64,000 nt of DNA from Oculina patagonica (taxonomy: Eukaryota): positions 19,964,001 to 20,028,000 of the forward strand of contig NC_135770.1 of the NCBI RefSeq assembly GCF_052425735.1, read 5' to 3'. The notes under the pieces are model-generated. The model worked only from the letters and a program-made list of their open reading frames with translations. It searched no databases and was not told the DNA's origin. Below are positions 62,360-64,000 of this stretch, one piece after another (the stretch's first letter is position 1; each line of letters opens with the position of its first letter). Both the position numbers and the translations under genes were made by a program.

Positions 62360-63739
62360 CTATTTAGTACAGTCAGATTTCGGGCACTTCAGATTACGTT
62401 GTTTGAATATGTCTTCGGGAGCTAGCTTGCGAAATGGCGAGTATTTAGACAGTAGAAGAGACCAGCCATGGAATGGCTGTACAGACACTTCTGGGGAGTC
62501 GTCAGTGTGAATAGTAAAACCCATCATTCCTGCTACAAGTGTGGCATTGTCCTTCACACAAGTACCTTCAATGGTAAGTGGAACATTGACAAGACCAGAA
62601 GTCATGTCACTGATTTCCATCACGTCTTTTTTCCCCTCTAGGAACTCGGTAATCCAGCCCCTGTACCCTGAGGAATCACCTGACGCGAAAGCATCTTTGT
62701 AGCTCATAATATGACTCCACCATTCCCTATCGGGTCTCCCCTGGTAGGTAGCCAGTAACTCGCTGAAGACGTTTTCCACTAGACTCCACCACTCCGATTC
62801 CAAACCAAGATCGTTCTCTATGGGTTCAAGCAGTGTTTGCAGTACATTCAGTTTGGATTTTAACTTGTTCCAGTCCTCCTCAGTGCCTAGCATCTCCACT
62901 GCAGGGATTCCACATAAAGTTAGCTTATAGCCAAAATACTCTTGAACTGAATACATCAATGTGATCTGCGAAACGATTTTCTGCACTGCAGTTGTGGTGC
63001 TGAAATCCGCCGTCATGCCATCCACGAACTCAGGTACTTTGACGTTCTTTTGTATTCCCTTTGCCATTTGATCAAAGAACCAGCTGTAGTTGACGGTGTA
63101 GATGCTTGTGTCGGACACAATCACCTCGATGGTTTTCTTTTCCTCGTGATCAACAAACATGTTGCGAACGGACTCTTTCTTCGCGTTTCTGTCGATGGCG
63201 CTGGCGACTCGTTTGATAACACTGAACCACCAGTCATCGGGGGAAGTTCGTAGTTTCCAGTGGTTGTTGTAGGCTGTCAGAACGGCGGAAAACAATCCGC
63301 AATCAGTTCCACGAATTGAATAAATATTCTCTTCTGATCCCAGGACGGGAATCATTTCATAGGGGATATCGTCGAAATGGGGGGAATCGATGCGAGCATT
63401 AAAATCTCGGCGGGCAATTGCCTTCTGTAGGAACCACTTCGCTTTCCCTGACACAAGATTGGTATCTTCGACTTGAGCTGGGACAAGGTTATTGGCGAGT
63501 AAAACATAAGTGATATTTAAACCATCGGAGGTGGTACGTTGACTAACATTAGGTGGCCTGGTTTCGTTTTTGGGTAACTCATTCGCTTGGCTTCCTACAG
63601 AGTTGTCGACGAGTAAAACAGAAGTAACATTCATACGCTGACTAACAGCAGGGGACTTTGTTTCGTTCTTGGCCATGGTATAAGCAGTAAAATCCTTTAT
63701 CAGCAGACAGATAAGCAGACAAGTCACAAAAGGTGCCAT
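62360..63739 (-). CDS. DUF4419-like protein copy 8, intronless, ~459 aa, predicted secreted
   Basis: Open ORF. The likely start MAPFVTCLLICLLIKDFTA is a signal peptide (an upstream ATG exists at 63787). Duplicated N-terminal segment, seven N-glycosylation sequons and an extended C-terminus. Confidence 0.87.
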   Translation of the reverse strand: MAPFVTCLLICLLIKDFTAYTMAKNETKSPAVSQRMNVTSVLLVDNSVGSQANELPKNETRPPNVSQRTTSDGLNITYVLLANNLVPAQVEDTNLVSGKAKWFLQKAIARRDFNARIDSPHFDDIPYEMIPVLGSEENIYSIRGTDCGLFSAVLTAYNNHWKLRTSPDDWWFSVIKRVASAIDRNAKKESVRNMFVDHEEKKTIEVIVSDTSIYTVNYSWFFDQMAKGIQKNVKVPEFVDGMTADFSTTTAVQKIVSQITLMYSVQEYFGYKLTLCGIPAVEMLGTEEDWNKLKSKLNVLQTLLEPIENDLGLESEWWSLVENVFSELLATYQGRPDREWWSHIMSYKDAFASGDSSGYRGWITEFLEGKKDVMEISDMTSGLVNVPLTIEGTCVKDNATLVAGMMGFTIHTDDSPEVSVQPFHGWSLLLSKYSPFRKLAPEDIFKQRNLKCPKSDCTK

Positions 63740-64000
63740 TCTATAGCCCAAGGGAAGGAGTGAAAGCCTAATCGCCGGGAAATGCACGTTAGAATGCAGG
63801 ATTAAAACATGAACTTATGCTGGAAAGCACAGCAGATGGAGTAAAATGAAGGAGGCCGGACCGGAAAATGTTATCATTTGACGAGATGATGTTTGAGATG
63901 ATGTTTCAGATTGTAATTGGTCAATAATATAAAACAAGAAGTTATTAGAACTTATAACCGCGCTGTAAAAAAAGCGTCTATTTCAATTACTTTAGTTTTG

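Noticed and set aside
20520-63739. Bacterial contamination as the source of the intronless genes
   Set aside because: The genes are interleaved with animal SINEs, LINEs and MITEs, two copies have spliceosomal introns, and the array is contiguous with an Ena/VASP gene.

Overview
Eukaryotic, AT-rich, repeat-dense animal DNA with spliceosomal GT-AG introns. The repeat families suggest a cnidarian such as a stony coral (inference). Three parts stand out. (1) 1845-10759 (+): the last eight coding exons of an Ena/VASP-family gene (poly-Pro, G-actin and F-actin binding motifs, tetramerisation coil). (2) 16.1-63.7 kb (-): a tandem array of 8 paralogues of a ~385-460 aa protein resembling the uncharacterised DUF4419 family. 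Four look intact and four are pseudogenes. They differ in N-terminal targeting (signal peptide versus MGNxxTK myristoylation-type start), in one intron present in only two copies, and in short hypervariable loops beside a conserved CGIP motif. (3) Inside the array, divergently oriented, a single-exon secreted vanin/pantetheinase-biotinidase gene (34241-35803) and a truncated pseudocopy that was co-duplicated with a DUF4419-like gene. The rest is transposons: a 5'-truncated LINE with an intact RT ORF, a full-length degenerate RTE LINE in a three-level nest, a Penelope-like fragment with a hammerhead ribozyme, tRNA-derived SINEs, many MITEs with readable TIRs and TSDs, satellite-filled MITEs, double-hairpin elements, and a 30-bp P-type excision footprint.
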